Source: Macrostomum hystrix (taxonomy: Eukaryota; Animalia; Platyhelminthes). From it: DNA of 64,000 nt. The position numbers and the translations under genes were made by a program. Numbering within the stretch: position 1 is the first letter of the stretch; every line of letters starts with the position of its first letter. The stretch spans positions 6,324,001 through 6,388,000 of the forward strand of contig CATNEN010000025.1 of the NCBI GenBank assembly GCA_950097015.1, given 5' to 3'. Below are positions 14,299 to 26,100 of the stretch, piece by piece. The notes beneath the pieces are model-generated. The model saw only the letters and a program-made list of their open reading frames with translations, was not told where the DNA came from and did not search any database.

Positions 14299-15805
14299 CT
14301 AAAATAAATCATTGAAAGACGCGAGATTGAAATGGTGCGCATCGGATGAAAAAACGATATAATGTGCGTGATCAGAGTAAACTGTTGTAGTAAAATGTAT
14401 AAGAGTTTGTGAAAGCAAATTCCCTTGTTCCTTTAAGAATCCATCGAATAAATAATCGATAGAATTCCGAAATTCGTCTAGCTTAATTTTTACTACCTTC
14501 ACTAATCTATGATTTTGCTCTCATAGGGACATAAATCATTTTGTAAGTCATTTGATGTGGATCTACACAGACTAAACTGCAGTTAGACCGGTTGTCTCGT
14601 ACGCGCCCTGCGTCATCTGCGCCCTGGGTCAGCACCCTGCAGCTCAAGACCTGCCATGGGACGCTGTGGAGAGTGCATGGCCGCACGATTATGAGCGCCC
14701 AGCCATCTGCACCTTTTGACGGTCTAATCGCCATCTAAAAAAATATCCTCCCGCTAATTGAGGTGAGGCTGCAAAAAACACCAGGCGCCTCCTCGACGCT
14801 GGGGTGCGCTTTAATCCGCACCTTGCAGCACCGAAGCGAAAACTCTCACCCACACACGGACTCTGCCTAAAAGACGTGGGGACGACGTACAATGGAATCA
14901 CTGTGTCGATCCTAACGGACGTGGAACCGCGCACACTCAACCTTCTGCATCGTTTTAAGGTTCTCATTCCAACCAGGGATCAAGCTATTAACCCCTGTAG
15001 AGTCCAGGAGGTCCACTGCTACGCAGAAGGATCCATGAAAGACAGCAATGTCGGCTTCATGGTCTCAACGCGCGTGTCATTGCTAAACGTACCCAACACA
15101 CTGGAAAATATTTGATTGTGTTTTTCAGAACAAAGTCCTTGCCATCAGCTTCTGCGCCGCGGAACTGAGCCAAAAAAGTTTTTTAGACAAGACAATCATC
15201 TTCCATTCCGACAGCCAGGCTGCCCTGCAGGACCTCTGTCATACAACTACCACCTCTCTCACTCTCTGACAGTCTCCGACTATGTCCGACAGCTCAACAA
15301 CCTGGCTGGTAAAAACACCGTCAGACTCCAAATGGATACCGGCCAGGCAATGCTGGTTTTCCTCGAAACGAGCTGGTGGCTATCTGGCAAAACATGGAGG
15401 TGCCAGCTCCGCGTTGGGTCCCGACCTATCCAAAAAAATACCGTGATTAATGGCCAGATTAATAACTGGGCCACTAACCTTAAACACACCCGATGGAGGA
15501 ACCACAAACTGCTGCCAATCCAGAGCAGCATGCAGTCCCGATTCTGCATCCACCCGGCTCCGAAAATTCCTCCTGAAGAAACTCGGAAAGACATCCGGGC
15601 ATTCACTATGATCCTCACAGGCCTAGCTGGCACAGCTTCTTCGGGAGACCTTCGGGGGAGCATATAGGGAGACCTATGCTTGAGAATGATGATGCCTGAT
15701 GATGACTTCGTTTATCACAGTCCTTTCTTTAACAGTGAAAGGCTCGCTTTCGCTAATGACTTTTATGATTTTATAACACACTTTTTATGCTTGGGTTTCC
15801 GCCAT
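14299..15805 (-). pseudogene. Decayed intronless ORF of about 120 codons, unknown family, split by a LINE insertion
   Basis: It starts at ATG 15805 as MAETQA*KVCYKIIKVISESEPFTVKERTVINEVI. Removing 14553-15700 joins this in frame to NDLQNDLCPYESKIID*. After one frameshift it continues VKVVKIKLDEFRNSIDYLFDGF...FNDLF*. Confidence 0.4.
14553..15700 (+). mobile_element. 5'-truncated, frameshifted non-LTR retrotransposon with RNase H (LOA/R1/I-group-like)
   Basis: Post-RT motif LMWIYT..AVRPVVSY. RNase H motifs HCYAEGSMKDSNVG (cf. CYTDGS), VFQ..VLAISFCA, IIFHSDSQAALQDL and LNNLAGKNTVRLQ-WIP..NEL, then ILTG. It ends in a (TGA)n-like tail. Confidence 0.72.
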
Positions 15806-16329
15806 AGATGCCATTGTTGTGGTCTGTGCTAGGGGCCTACTGTTGTTAGGGTTGTAGCCAATAGACTAAACTAGGAGCTATACATAGAACAAGATGGATC
15901 CGTAAATTAAGGAAAAGAAAGCATTTCAATGGCACCGATTCCACCGCTTATAAACTGGAAACATGCAGCTAGCAGTCAATGCACTCAACGGAGTTAAGCT
16001 TAACGATCGAACTACACTTTTTGTCTGAGATTAGTCAAAATGACCATCACGACGATTCTTCGATGCTCGATTTCATGCGCGTTACTGGTTAAGCTATAGT
16101 TACCAATTTGGTACTGATCGTTAATTTTTCAGCGTTACTTTTTCCCGTTACCTTGGCTGTTAACGAAAACGAAGTGTGCACTTTCCGTTACTAGCTGTTT
16201 TCTTATTAGTTTCCGAATATATAATTAGAAATCAGCAGCACTGTAAATAATTTCTTTTGCTGCATTTTAAGGCGCTTAAAATTTTATATATTATTTTTGA
16301 AATATTGGTAATATGTATAAATATTGTTG

Positions 16330-16564
16330 CTCTTCCCTTCCAGTTTTGATGCTCTCCCATCTCCCGTGATTTCATAGCGACGCCTGATAGGATAGCCATC
16401 GCGAAATGTGATCAGCACTATCACCTCTCTCGATGGCAGCCGACAATCAGGTCCTACTTTTCTCTGCTTATCTTGCGACAGGGTTCTCGCCCTGCAGGAT
16501 TCTGCTCATCCACTGCAGCAAAACATTCGTCACTGCTCTGCTCGCTAATTTCTTCGTCTGCCAT
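16330..16564 (-). mobile_element. Relic of a Tc1/IS630-like transposase N-terminus (HTH region)
   Basis: MADEEISEQ...CRKISREK*DLIVGCH / ERGDSADHISRWLS / IRRRYEITGDGRASKLEG, with a stop and frameshifts. It resembles the paired-like HTH start of Tc1 transposases. No DDE region is visible. Confidence 0.4.
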
Positions 16565-17990
16565 ATCTATATGTTTGTCTAATGAAATCTGTTATTTTCA
16601 AAGGCTTGCACAACTGTACGGAAAGGATTAATAGCGCGCCCAAATTCTCAAATTGATTGCTCCATAGACCCCTTTCAGGTCATAGACAATGAAAGACAAG
16701 TCTATAAAATCCGACTGCTTATTTTATTGACAGTTATTGGGCTCATTCTTTGCCAGGAACGCCTAGTCTATGGCTTAAAGTGCTATAATTCCAGGACCAT
16801 CAAATCGTTTGATGGTCCCGAAATGAAAGCAGTTTGAACCATAGACTAAACAGAACTAAACAGTCTATTTAAATGCAACAAAAATAGCAGGAATTATATG
16901 CTGTTTAACGAAGCAACAAAAAGACAATTTTCTAGCAAAACTATAGACAATTAGTAGGATTATATAGGAAACATATTTAGTTTCTTTCAATAATAGGCAG
17001 TGCATTAAACGTTTCACAAACTCATTTAAACAGAATTTCGATTTTCGCTCGATCAATGATGATAGACTTGACACCGTGGTCAGTAATAGACAGTATTGTC
17101 GCTATCAAATTCTTCTTCCATCGCGGTGTGGTTAAAGTGAAAGCTACAAAACAAAGTAATTCGGATTTCGTCTAGCTAGTACTGTCTTAAATTTATGGAA
17201 AATTTGTCTATGGTTCCAATGTGGGGGCTTTGCCGCGACACTCCCGATGGCTGCACCGCATTCGGCGCGGCTCAAGAGGAAAATACGCTCGTAAGCAAAA
17301 CAAAACAAAAATAAGCAATTCGGATTTCATATAAGATCACGGTAGTTTAATGTGCATTGTCATATTGACTAGCCAACAGTGGCTATTAATTTTTGTCTAT
17401 GGCAATTTGCAAAGAACAGGGTTGAGGGAGGCAAGGAATATCTTTCTCTCCCTACAGCGCGATATTTTTTCGTCTCAGTGCGCGCGTTCATATGAAAACA
17501 TGATTCATCTGTCTCAATTCCCGGACAATTTCATAACCGGCTTGACTACGGTGGAAATGTCAAGGTTGACGTTCAAGCATCTTCGGCCGATACTGTTCGA
17601 CCGGAGCTAGATATTCATCTGAGTGGTAGTTTCAGCAATTGCAACTTCAAATTCGGTGATCAGTGAGTACTGATGAGCACTGAGTGAGTTACTGAGTTTT
17701 CGAGTTACAACTAGAGCACTGACTACTAGACACTGGCTCGTTGAAAATGTTCAACGAGTTCAACTTTGTGTTCAACTTTATGTTCAACTTTGCTACGTTT
17801 GCTTTTCGTAAAATATAAAGTTTGTGTTGTTGCATTATAAGGCTTCAGCAACGTATTATATGGTATAAACGATCACTCAGCGATAATGGCATGTCTATGG
17901 CACAAACTGCGCCAATCCGCCATGAGCCAGAAGCTGACAAAATTTGGACGCTTATATTTGTTTCTTTTAATTATCAATTAAAGTATTTTA

Positions 17991-18142
17991 CCAACCGGTA
18001 AAAGCATTATAAGGCTTCAGGCCATAGACAAATCAACTCCCCCTATAACGCCGTTGCTTGTCGACCGACAGCCGCCAGATAGCGTTATAGGGGGAGTTGA
18101 TTTGTCTATGGCCTGAAGCCTTATAATGCTTTTACCGGTTGG
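17991..18142. repeat. Perfect 61-bp inverted repeat with a 30-bp spacer (MITE-like)
   Basis: 17991-18051 (CCAACCGGTAAAAG...CTATAACGC) is the exact reverse complement of 18082-18142. Confidence 0.95.
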
Positions 18143-18491
18143 CTGCCTCGCAGTTAATGGCGATTACGATCTCGGCGCTACGCGCCTCGATCGACCGCCA
18201 TTAACTTGCTCGGCACCCAACCGGTAAAATTAAAGTTCCATTATTGCACGCTGAAAGCCGCCAGCGTGCATTTTTGGCGCATTATTGCACCCTGATTGTC
18301 AATTGTCTATGGTAAAATCTCCATTATTTTGACTCACTTGTTGGCTAGACTATTTAACAATGGTAGATTGCATAGTATGTTGCAGAATTAAAGAATGACC
18401 TAAACACGAGTCTTAATACCTATGTTATACACTCAGATGTTCAGAAGAGTGAACTCATTTTAAAATATCCAACTGGTTCTCGTCTTCCTCA

Positions 18492-18563
18492 AGCAGAGTG
18501 GCGCAGTGGAAGCGTGCTGGGCCCATAACCCAGAGGTCCGTGGATCGAAACCACGCTCTGCTA
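18492..18563 (+). tRNA. tRNA-iMet: Initiator tRNA-Met (anticodon CAT)
   Basis: AGCAGAGTGGCGCAGTGGAAGCGTGCTGGGCCCATAACCCAGAGGTCCGTGGATCGAAACCACGCTCTGCTA (72 nt). It has an A1-U72 pair, the GGG/CCC anticodon stem and the GATCGAAA T-loop typical of eukaryotic initiator tRNA. Confidence 0.98.
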
Positions 18564-18568
18564 AATAC

Positions 18569-18573
18569 TTTTT
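18569..18573 (+). terminator. Pol III terminator (T5) of tRNA-iMet
   Basis: TTTTT lies 5 nt after the tRNA 3' end. Confidence 0.7.
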
Positions 18574-20155
18574 ACCAAAAAACCTCTACGTTGTATTTTG
18601 TATAGAAACATGAGCACGATGCACGATAAATAAATATAGCCTGGAAATATTTTTTATGCTATTTTCTTGAGATTTTCTGTCTTCCTAAGCAATTTTTTTA
18701 CACAGTTACTTAGCATTTAAGCTGAATCTCGTCTCCATCCATTTTTTTCTATACATATCGGTCATGGAGATTGTGCTACTCATTAGTAGAATGTAAGGAG
18801 GTACAGATTAAAATTTGAAAAGAGAAATTGAAAAGAATTGAAAACATTTCACAAATGAATAGCATTCATTTAATTACCACAGGTAGGAAAGGTGCATATA
18901 AAAAATGTAGGCATTGACTTGCGTGGCACCTAACTTTCAGTTTCCGATTGAGATTAATTATACAAGAACTTCTAAGAAAGTTCTTCTATAACTCGATAGT
19001 TTCTGTTTCGGTTTCGGTTTTCCCACGAGTGAATAAAAATGCGACCGTAGAAAAGTATTGAAAGTTCTAAAGAAAGTTCTCACGCTTCATCAAATAGGAA
19101 AAGTAAAAAATTAAACATTAAATTTATGGAGATAAAAAAGGTGTGCCTTGGTGATGTCATATTATTAAATGCTCTGTTCGGAGCAAATCTTTTTGTAAAA
19201 CTTCTTCCTGCCACTCCTAAATAAAATTACTTCGGAGTTGGCCTAGAAAAGCGATGTATTAGAAAAGCAACTGCGAACTAGTAGCAGCAGCAGCAGTTAT
19301 CTTTTCTTCGGTACAGGTGCCCGAACGTCAAAATGGAACGCGCAAATTAAGACGTTTTGAGCAGCCTAATTAATATTTAGCCTGTTGTTCTCTCTCTATC
19401 TCTATATCGCTCTGTTTCAATCGGCTGTGCAAAGTTTCTAATGAGAAGGAATTGATGGGACAGCTCCGTTCGCATATACGCTCACGCTCGTAGCTACTAG
19501 TGAGTATTTTAGAGAGCCCGTTCGCTGCACAGCTCTCAAAAACTCGATGGAGGGGTTAGAGAAAAGAGGCTGCTTTCTCGGGGTGGGGCAAGAAGAGAAC
19601 TAAGATCAAGAATAATACTCTCGTAGTCGTAATAGAGGAAAACACAGCACGGCACACTTTTTTCTCATGCGTCATTCTTCTCTCTCTGTCTCTCCGTCTC
19701 CACGCGTTCATTCCTCGAAAAGCAAGGCTTGTCCCGATTCGCTCTCAACCCGAAGCAATTCAACAAGGCCCACCTCACCAGTTTACCTCCTTGGGGGGAG
19801 GAGGGGAGGACGGTAGGGGGCTGAGAGACGAAGAGAGAGAACGAATACCCGGAGCGGTTTCGGGTATTCGTTGTCAGCCATTCCCGCAGCCTCCCGCTCA
19901 CTCGATCTGTTTTTTTTCTACTTAATTGTCTAACTGTTTAGACCGTTGGGGAGACCACTTCTAGCTTGAGGCTCAGATCTTGTAGAGGCCAGTCCAGACC
20001 TAAATGGCCTGGTGACATTGAAGCTAACACTATCGAGTCAAGGTCGACGCGCGGCGTTTTAAGAAATTGTCAAAGAACCGCAGAAGCAGCGGCAGAAGCA
20101 TCTCCGGGCAGTCCTGGCGGCCGGATCTCCCAGCCGTCGAAGCGACTCGCCGCTC

Positions 20156-23100
20156 ATGTCTTCCTCCTCGCGGCGTCGCGCCAAAGTTCGCGTCGGTCGA
20201 CTGCCGGCATTCGCCGACTTTTATCAAATGGCCGACGCAGCCGCTGATGCCGACGATGTGCGTGTCAACGGAGCATCCGTCGACATCAGCTCAATGCCTA
20301 CGTCCTGCCGGCGTCATCAGCTTCGTCGAACTGCCTCGGACGCTGCCTGTCAGCAGCAGTCGGCGCGACGGCCTCGGGCGGTGCCCGTTCGACGCCTGAC
20401 GGCTCGGTCTCCGTGCCAAGCATCAACAGCCTTGGCTACCGTTCAGCTGGATCTCACCGGCGTTCCAGGTGTTCGAGCAGAGGTCGCCTTCCACGGTCAG
20501 CCAGCCGCCAGCTGTGCGACATCGCCAGGTGATAAACGGGACGAGGAACAGCGACAAAAGGCTGGACCGGCATCAGTCAGCCAGACCTCCTGGGGCCCCG
20601 GCCGATGCCGATTCGTTCAAGTGCAAAATCCGCTCTGCGTGCCGCGCTGCAGCGACAACCTTGGCACCTGGCGGACCTGCATGGTGCCAATTGCCGACCT
20701 GGAGAGATGTGAGTAGTCGACTCGATTCCAAGAGTTGGGCATTCGTATAAAGCGGATTATGTACAAGGTGTAACGTCAGTAAAAAATTTTTTTGCTTAAT
20801 ATAATACCCTGTTTTTTTCTGGCCTGGCCTAAGTCTTGTGAGACAGACAGTCGGATTGCTTCAGTGCATCTGGACCAGACTTGGAATGGGATAATTTCTT
20901 TCCCTAACAAATTACGAGTACTTCCTCAGTCTTCCCATAGAAACAGAAATACATTGATTGCATCCAGGAAATTTTAGTGAATTAAATAACAATAACATAT
21001 GAAAACTATTGGACTATAATTGTGTATAAAAAACTTCAGCAAACTAGGAACCTAAAATTTGTTAACGTCGCTTTAATTAGAGAAGCTTTTTACGCTGCGT
21101 TAGACAACAGAGAAACCGTTTTTACGAGCGAGAATCTACTATAGCCACGCGATAGAGCAAAAACCAAAAGTGCTTACTAAACCTGCTTTGCAGGAAAACA
21201 GGCACTGGATTAAATCATATCCCCATATAATCAACACAAATGACTAACAAATCACTTTGAGCCATCTTTCGTCATTAGTCTGCGCTTTTTCTGCAGCTTG
21301 ATTAATCTTCCAGGCGATTCATCACATGTCACCTGTAGAGAACCATTTACATTCACGCTACCATATTCCGTATCATTTTCTCACCCTCTCTCCTTCTCAC
21401 ATTCTCCTTCTCACGTTCTCCTTCTCACATTCTCCTTCTCTACCTCTCCTTCTCACCCTCTCCTTCTCTTCCTCTCCTTCTCTCCCTCTCCTTCTCTCCC
21501 TCTCCTTCTCCCCCTCTCCTTCTCTTCTGCTCCTTCTCTCCCTCTCCTTCTCTCCCGCTCCTTCTCTCCCTCTACTTCTCTCCCTCTCCTTCTCTCCCGC
21601 TCCTTCTCTCCCTCTCCTTCTCTCCCGCTCCTTCTCTCCCTCTCCTTCTCTCCCTCTCCTTCTCTCCCTCTCCTTCTCTCCCTCTGCTTCTCTCCCTCTC
21701 CTTCTCCCCCTCTCCTTCTCTCCCGCTCCTTCTCTCCCTCTCCTTCTCTCCCGCTCCTTCTCTCCCTCTCCTTCTCTCCCTCTCCTTCTCTCCCTCTCCT
21801 TCTCTCCCTCTCCTTCTCTCCCTCTCCTTCTCTTCTGCTCCTTCTCTCCCTCTCCTTCTCTCCCTCTCCTTCTCTTCCTCTCCTTCTCTCCCTCTCCTTC
21901 TCTTCTGCTCCTTCTCTCCCTCTCCTTCTCTCCCGCTCCTTCTCTCCCTCTCCTTCTCTCCCTCTCCTTCTCTTCCTCTCCTTCTCTTCCTCTCCTTCTC
22001 TCCCTCTCCTTCTCTTCTGCTCCTTCTCTCCCTCTCCTTCTCTCCCGCTCCTTCTCTCCCTCTCCTTCTCTCCCGCTCCTTCTCTCCCTCTCCTTCTCTC
22101 CCGCTCCTTCTCTCCCTCTCCTTCTCTCCCGCTCCTTCTCTCCCTCTCCTTCTCTCCCGCTCCTTCTCTCCCTCTCCTTCTCTCCCTCCCTCTCCTTCTC
22201 TTCTGCTCCTTCTCTTCTGCTCCTTCTCTCCCGCTCCTTCTCTCCCTCTCCTTCTCTCCCTCTCCTTCTCTCCCTCTCCTTCTCTCCCTCTGCTTCTCTC
22301 CCTCTCCTTCTCCCCCTCTCCTTCTCTCCCGCTCCTTCTCTCCCTCTCCTTCTCTCCCGCTCCTTCTCTCCCTCTCCTTCTCTCCCTCTCCTTCTCTCCC
22401 TCTCCTTCTCTCCCTCTCCTTCTCTCCCTCTCCTTCTCTTCTGCTCCTTCTCTCCCTCTCCTTCTCTCCCTCTCCTTCTCTTCCTCTCCTTCTCTCCCTC
22501 TCCTTCTCTTCTGCTCCTTCTCTCCCTCTCCTTCTCTCCCGCTCCTTCTCTCCCTCTCCTTCTCTCCCTCTCCTTCTCTTCCTCTCCTTCTCTTCCTCTC
22601 CTTCTCTCCCTCTCCTTCTCTTCTGCTCCTTCTCTCCCTCTCCTTCTCTCCCGCTCCTTCTCTCCCTCTCCTTCTCTCCCGCTCCTTCTCTCCCTCTCCT
22701 TCTCTCCCGCTCCTTCTCTCCCTCTCCTTCTCTCCCGCTCCTTCTCTCCCTCTCCTTCTCTCCCGCTCCTTCTCTCCCTCTCCTTCTCTCCCTCCCTCTC
22801 CTTCTCTTCTGCTCCTTCTCTTCTGCTCCTTCTCTCCCGCTCCTTCTCTCCCTCTCCTTCTCTCCCTCTCCTCTCTCCCTCTCCTTCTCAGCCTGTCCCT
22901 GTAACACTCTCTAATATTTCAGAGACCAGTTTAAACTGTGTTAAACTGCTGAGTCTCAGAGTTAATTTCGCTTCCTCAAAGCTGAGCTTCCTCAAGCTGC
23001 TAGTCACGAACAAATTCAGCTTTTTTCCTTTAATCCTTAAACCATTTCGACGTTACCCAGTAGCAAAAAATGCAGCATTATAAGAAAAATCCAGGGATAC

Positions 23101-26100
23101 AGGGATAAGGCGTTGGTGACCAGCTCAGGCCTGGAGAAATTATTGTAATCGGATAATCAAAAAATGATAATGCTTAATAATAATGTTTCCGGATAGGCCC
23201 TATACTATTATGGGGTGGGGAACATCTCGCCCTGACCAGTCAGTCCTCCCAATACCCAATCCCTAAAAAACTCATCCATTTTAGAGAGGCCTAAATAGGC
23301 GGTCGGGCTGTAGATTTTTCGATTTTATAATTGTATATAATTATCGTCTGATTCTTTCCTCGTCAGAAAATCTAATTAGACTCTAACTGAGTATAATTAG
23401 TTATTTATCAGGTGAAACTAATTAGACGATAGATAAGCAGATAGTGTACGTAACCGGCACAATGGGCACGGCTTCTATACATAGATAAATTCGAAATCTT
23501 TGAATCTTTAGAAAAATGCTTTTAAAATTGCGCTAAGATTACGACCAATCAATTATCGATGCGGTTGCACTCAAATAAGAATCTGAAATATGATTTCTAA
23601 TTATATAGGGCAAAATAATCTTAGTCTTGACTGTCTGTCGATTCCAGATCTCCTCTTTCCAAATTAATTTGATTAAATATTGAATGCTGTCGGTCCAGAT
23701 TCTCTCTCCATCTCACCCTCTATCCTTCTAACCCTCTCTCACTATTTTCCCCTCTCCTTCTCACCCACTCCCCTTTTCATTCTCTCTTTCTCACCCTCTC
23801 TCCTTTTCATTCTCTCTTTCTCACCCTCTCATCTCACCCTCTCTCCTTCCCACCCTCTCTCCTTCTCACCCTCTCTCCTTCTCACCCTCTCCTTCTCACT
23901 ATCTCTCTCACCCTCTCCTTCTCACTATCTCTCCTTCTCACCCTCTCCTTCTCACTATCTCTCTCACCCTCTCCTTCTCACTATCTCTCCTTCTCACCCT
24001 CTATCCTTCTCACTCTCTCTCTCACCCTGTCCTTCTCCCTCTCTCTCCTTCTCACTCTCTTTTCTGAGTCCTATACTTCCCGTACTATAGACTATTGCTC
24101 ATAGTTCTAAATGCAAAATTGAACGATAATTTGAAGGAAAAAGAATTTTAATAACTTTCACGCGTGCCAACTAGGTAACTGCAGGCGATCTGCCCAGTCA
24201 GATTATTCGCAGCAATTCAAGCATTCGACTCAAAATAAGAATGATCGCGCTAAAATTGTCACGATCTGATTCTTGGCCAAGAGATGCGAGCCTACTGCTT
24301 TGAAGCAATAACAAACGTAGAGAATTTTAGCCATTTCGGCCTATCACTGTCAGTTATTCTCGGTCTCGAGTTTCGCATCGGCTGTAACACTGCATGTGTC
24401 GCACGCGGTGCCTACATGAAATTCCGCACGCTAAATTAATTTACAAACATCTCGCATAGTCGCTACTGGAGTTTTAGAGTTGCCATCCATTAAAATTACT
24501 TCTGATGCTAAAGCATAAGATACTATGCTAGGCTTTTGTATGTACCACTGACCCGCTCCGGCCGACCATGACCCTCTCTGACCCGCTCTGGCCCACCCTG
24601 ACCCGCTATGGCCCTCTCTGACCCGCTCTGGCCGACACTGACCCGCTCTGACCGACCCTGACCCGCTCTGGCCCTCTCTGACCCGCTCTGGCCCTCTCTG
24701 ACCCGCTCTGGCCCTCTCTGACCCGCTCTGACCGACCCTGACCCGCTCTGGCCCTCTCTGACCCGCTCTGGCCCTCTCTGACCCGCTCTGACCGACCCTG
24801 ACCCGCTCTGGCCCTCTCTGACCCGCTCTGGCCCTCTCTGACCCGCTCTGGCCCTCTCTGACCCGCTCTGGCCGACCCTGACCCGCTCTGGCCGACCCTG
24901 ACCCGCTCTGGCCCTCTCTGACCTGCTCTGGCCCTCTCTGACCCGCTATGGCCGACCCTGACCCGCTCTGGCCGACCCTGACCCGCTCTGGCCCTCTCTG
25001 ACCCGCTCTGGCCGACCCTGACCCGCTCTGGCCGACCCTGACCCGCTCTGGCCGACCCTGACCCTGACTCTGGCCGACCCTGATCTCTTGCGGCCCGATC
25101 TGGCCCTCTCTGATCCGCTCTGGCCCTCTCGACCCGCTCTGGCCAACGCTGGCCCTCCCTGACCCGCTCTGGCCTTCTCGACCCGCTCTGGCCCACGCTG
25201 ACCCACCCTGACCCGCTCTGACCCATCCAGACCTGCTCTGACCTGCACTGCTGCTGTACACACTCAACAATCTTCTTCGGCGCTCCCAAGCCGACAATAA
25301 TTCTTCCCCTAATCGATTCCTGATCTCCAGTTGCATTCATGAAGCCGCCGCGTCAGCGATGGCGTCACCTGTCTCCGCCGAGTTCGCCAGCTAATGCCTT
25401 GATATTCACTCTAATGAGCTACAACATCCTCAGCGATCAGTACGCCTCAGCCAAAACCTACTGGTACTGTCCCGACTGGGCCCTGGCCTGGCCCTACAGA
25501 CGACAAGGCTTAATGGAAATCATCTGCGACCACCTTCCATCTGTGCTCTGCCTGCAGGCAAGTCTGACCGGTGTCTGTTTTTTGTTAATAATATAAAACT
25601 GATCGATAATTACTTAACCTGCCATGCCCAGGAATTAGAAACGGAACAGTTCTACTCGTTCTTCCTGCCCAGCCTGGAGGCCAGAGGCTACGAAGGAATT
25701 TTCTCGCCAAAATCTCGCGCCAGAATTATTCCCGACTCGCGCGTGCGTCAGCGAGTTGACGGTTGCGCCATTTTTTGGAAGCGCAACGAGTAAGAATTTG
25801 ATCTGAGTCTCGTGAACTTACACACACACAGACACACACACACACACAGACACACACACACACACAGACACACACACACACACAGACACAGAACGAGTTT
25901 GCTTTCTTTCTTAAGCAAAAGCAGCAGCAGCAGCTGCACCAGCAGCAGCTTTGTGGGGGTGGCATGGGGATAGGTGACGAGAAGCAATTGCATTAAGAAG
26001 CAAATGCAGGGCAAAAGCTAAAAGAGCAATGGGGGCCAGTAGGAACAGTGCAGAATAACAAACGTGTGGAAAAAAACATCTAGAGCAGGGGTCGGCAAAC

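Noticed and set aside
21298-24090. S/P/L-rich and R/E/G-rich ORFs of 480-585 aa
   Set aside because: They are translations of CT-only repeats, which cannot contain stop codons.
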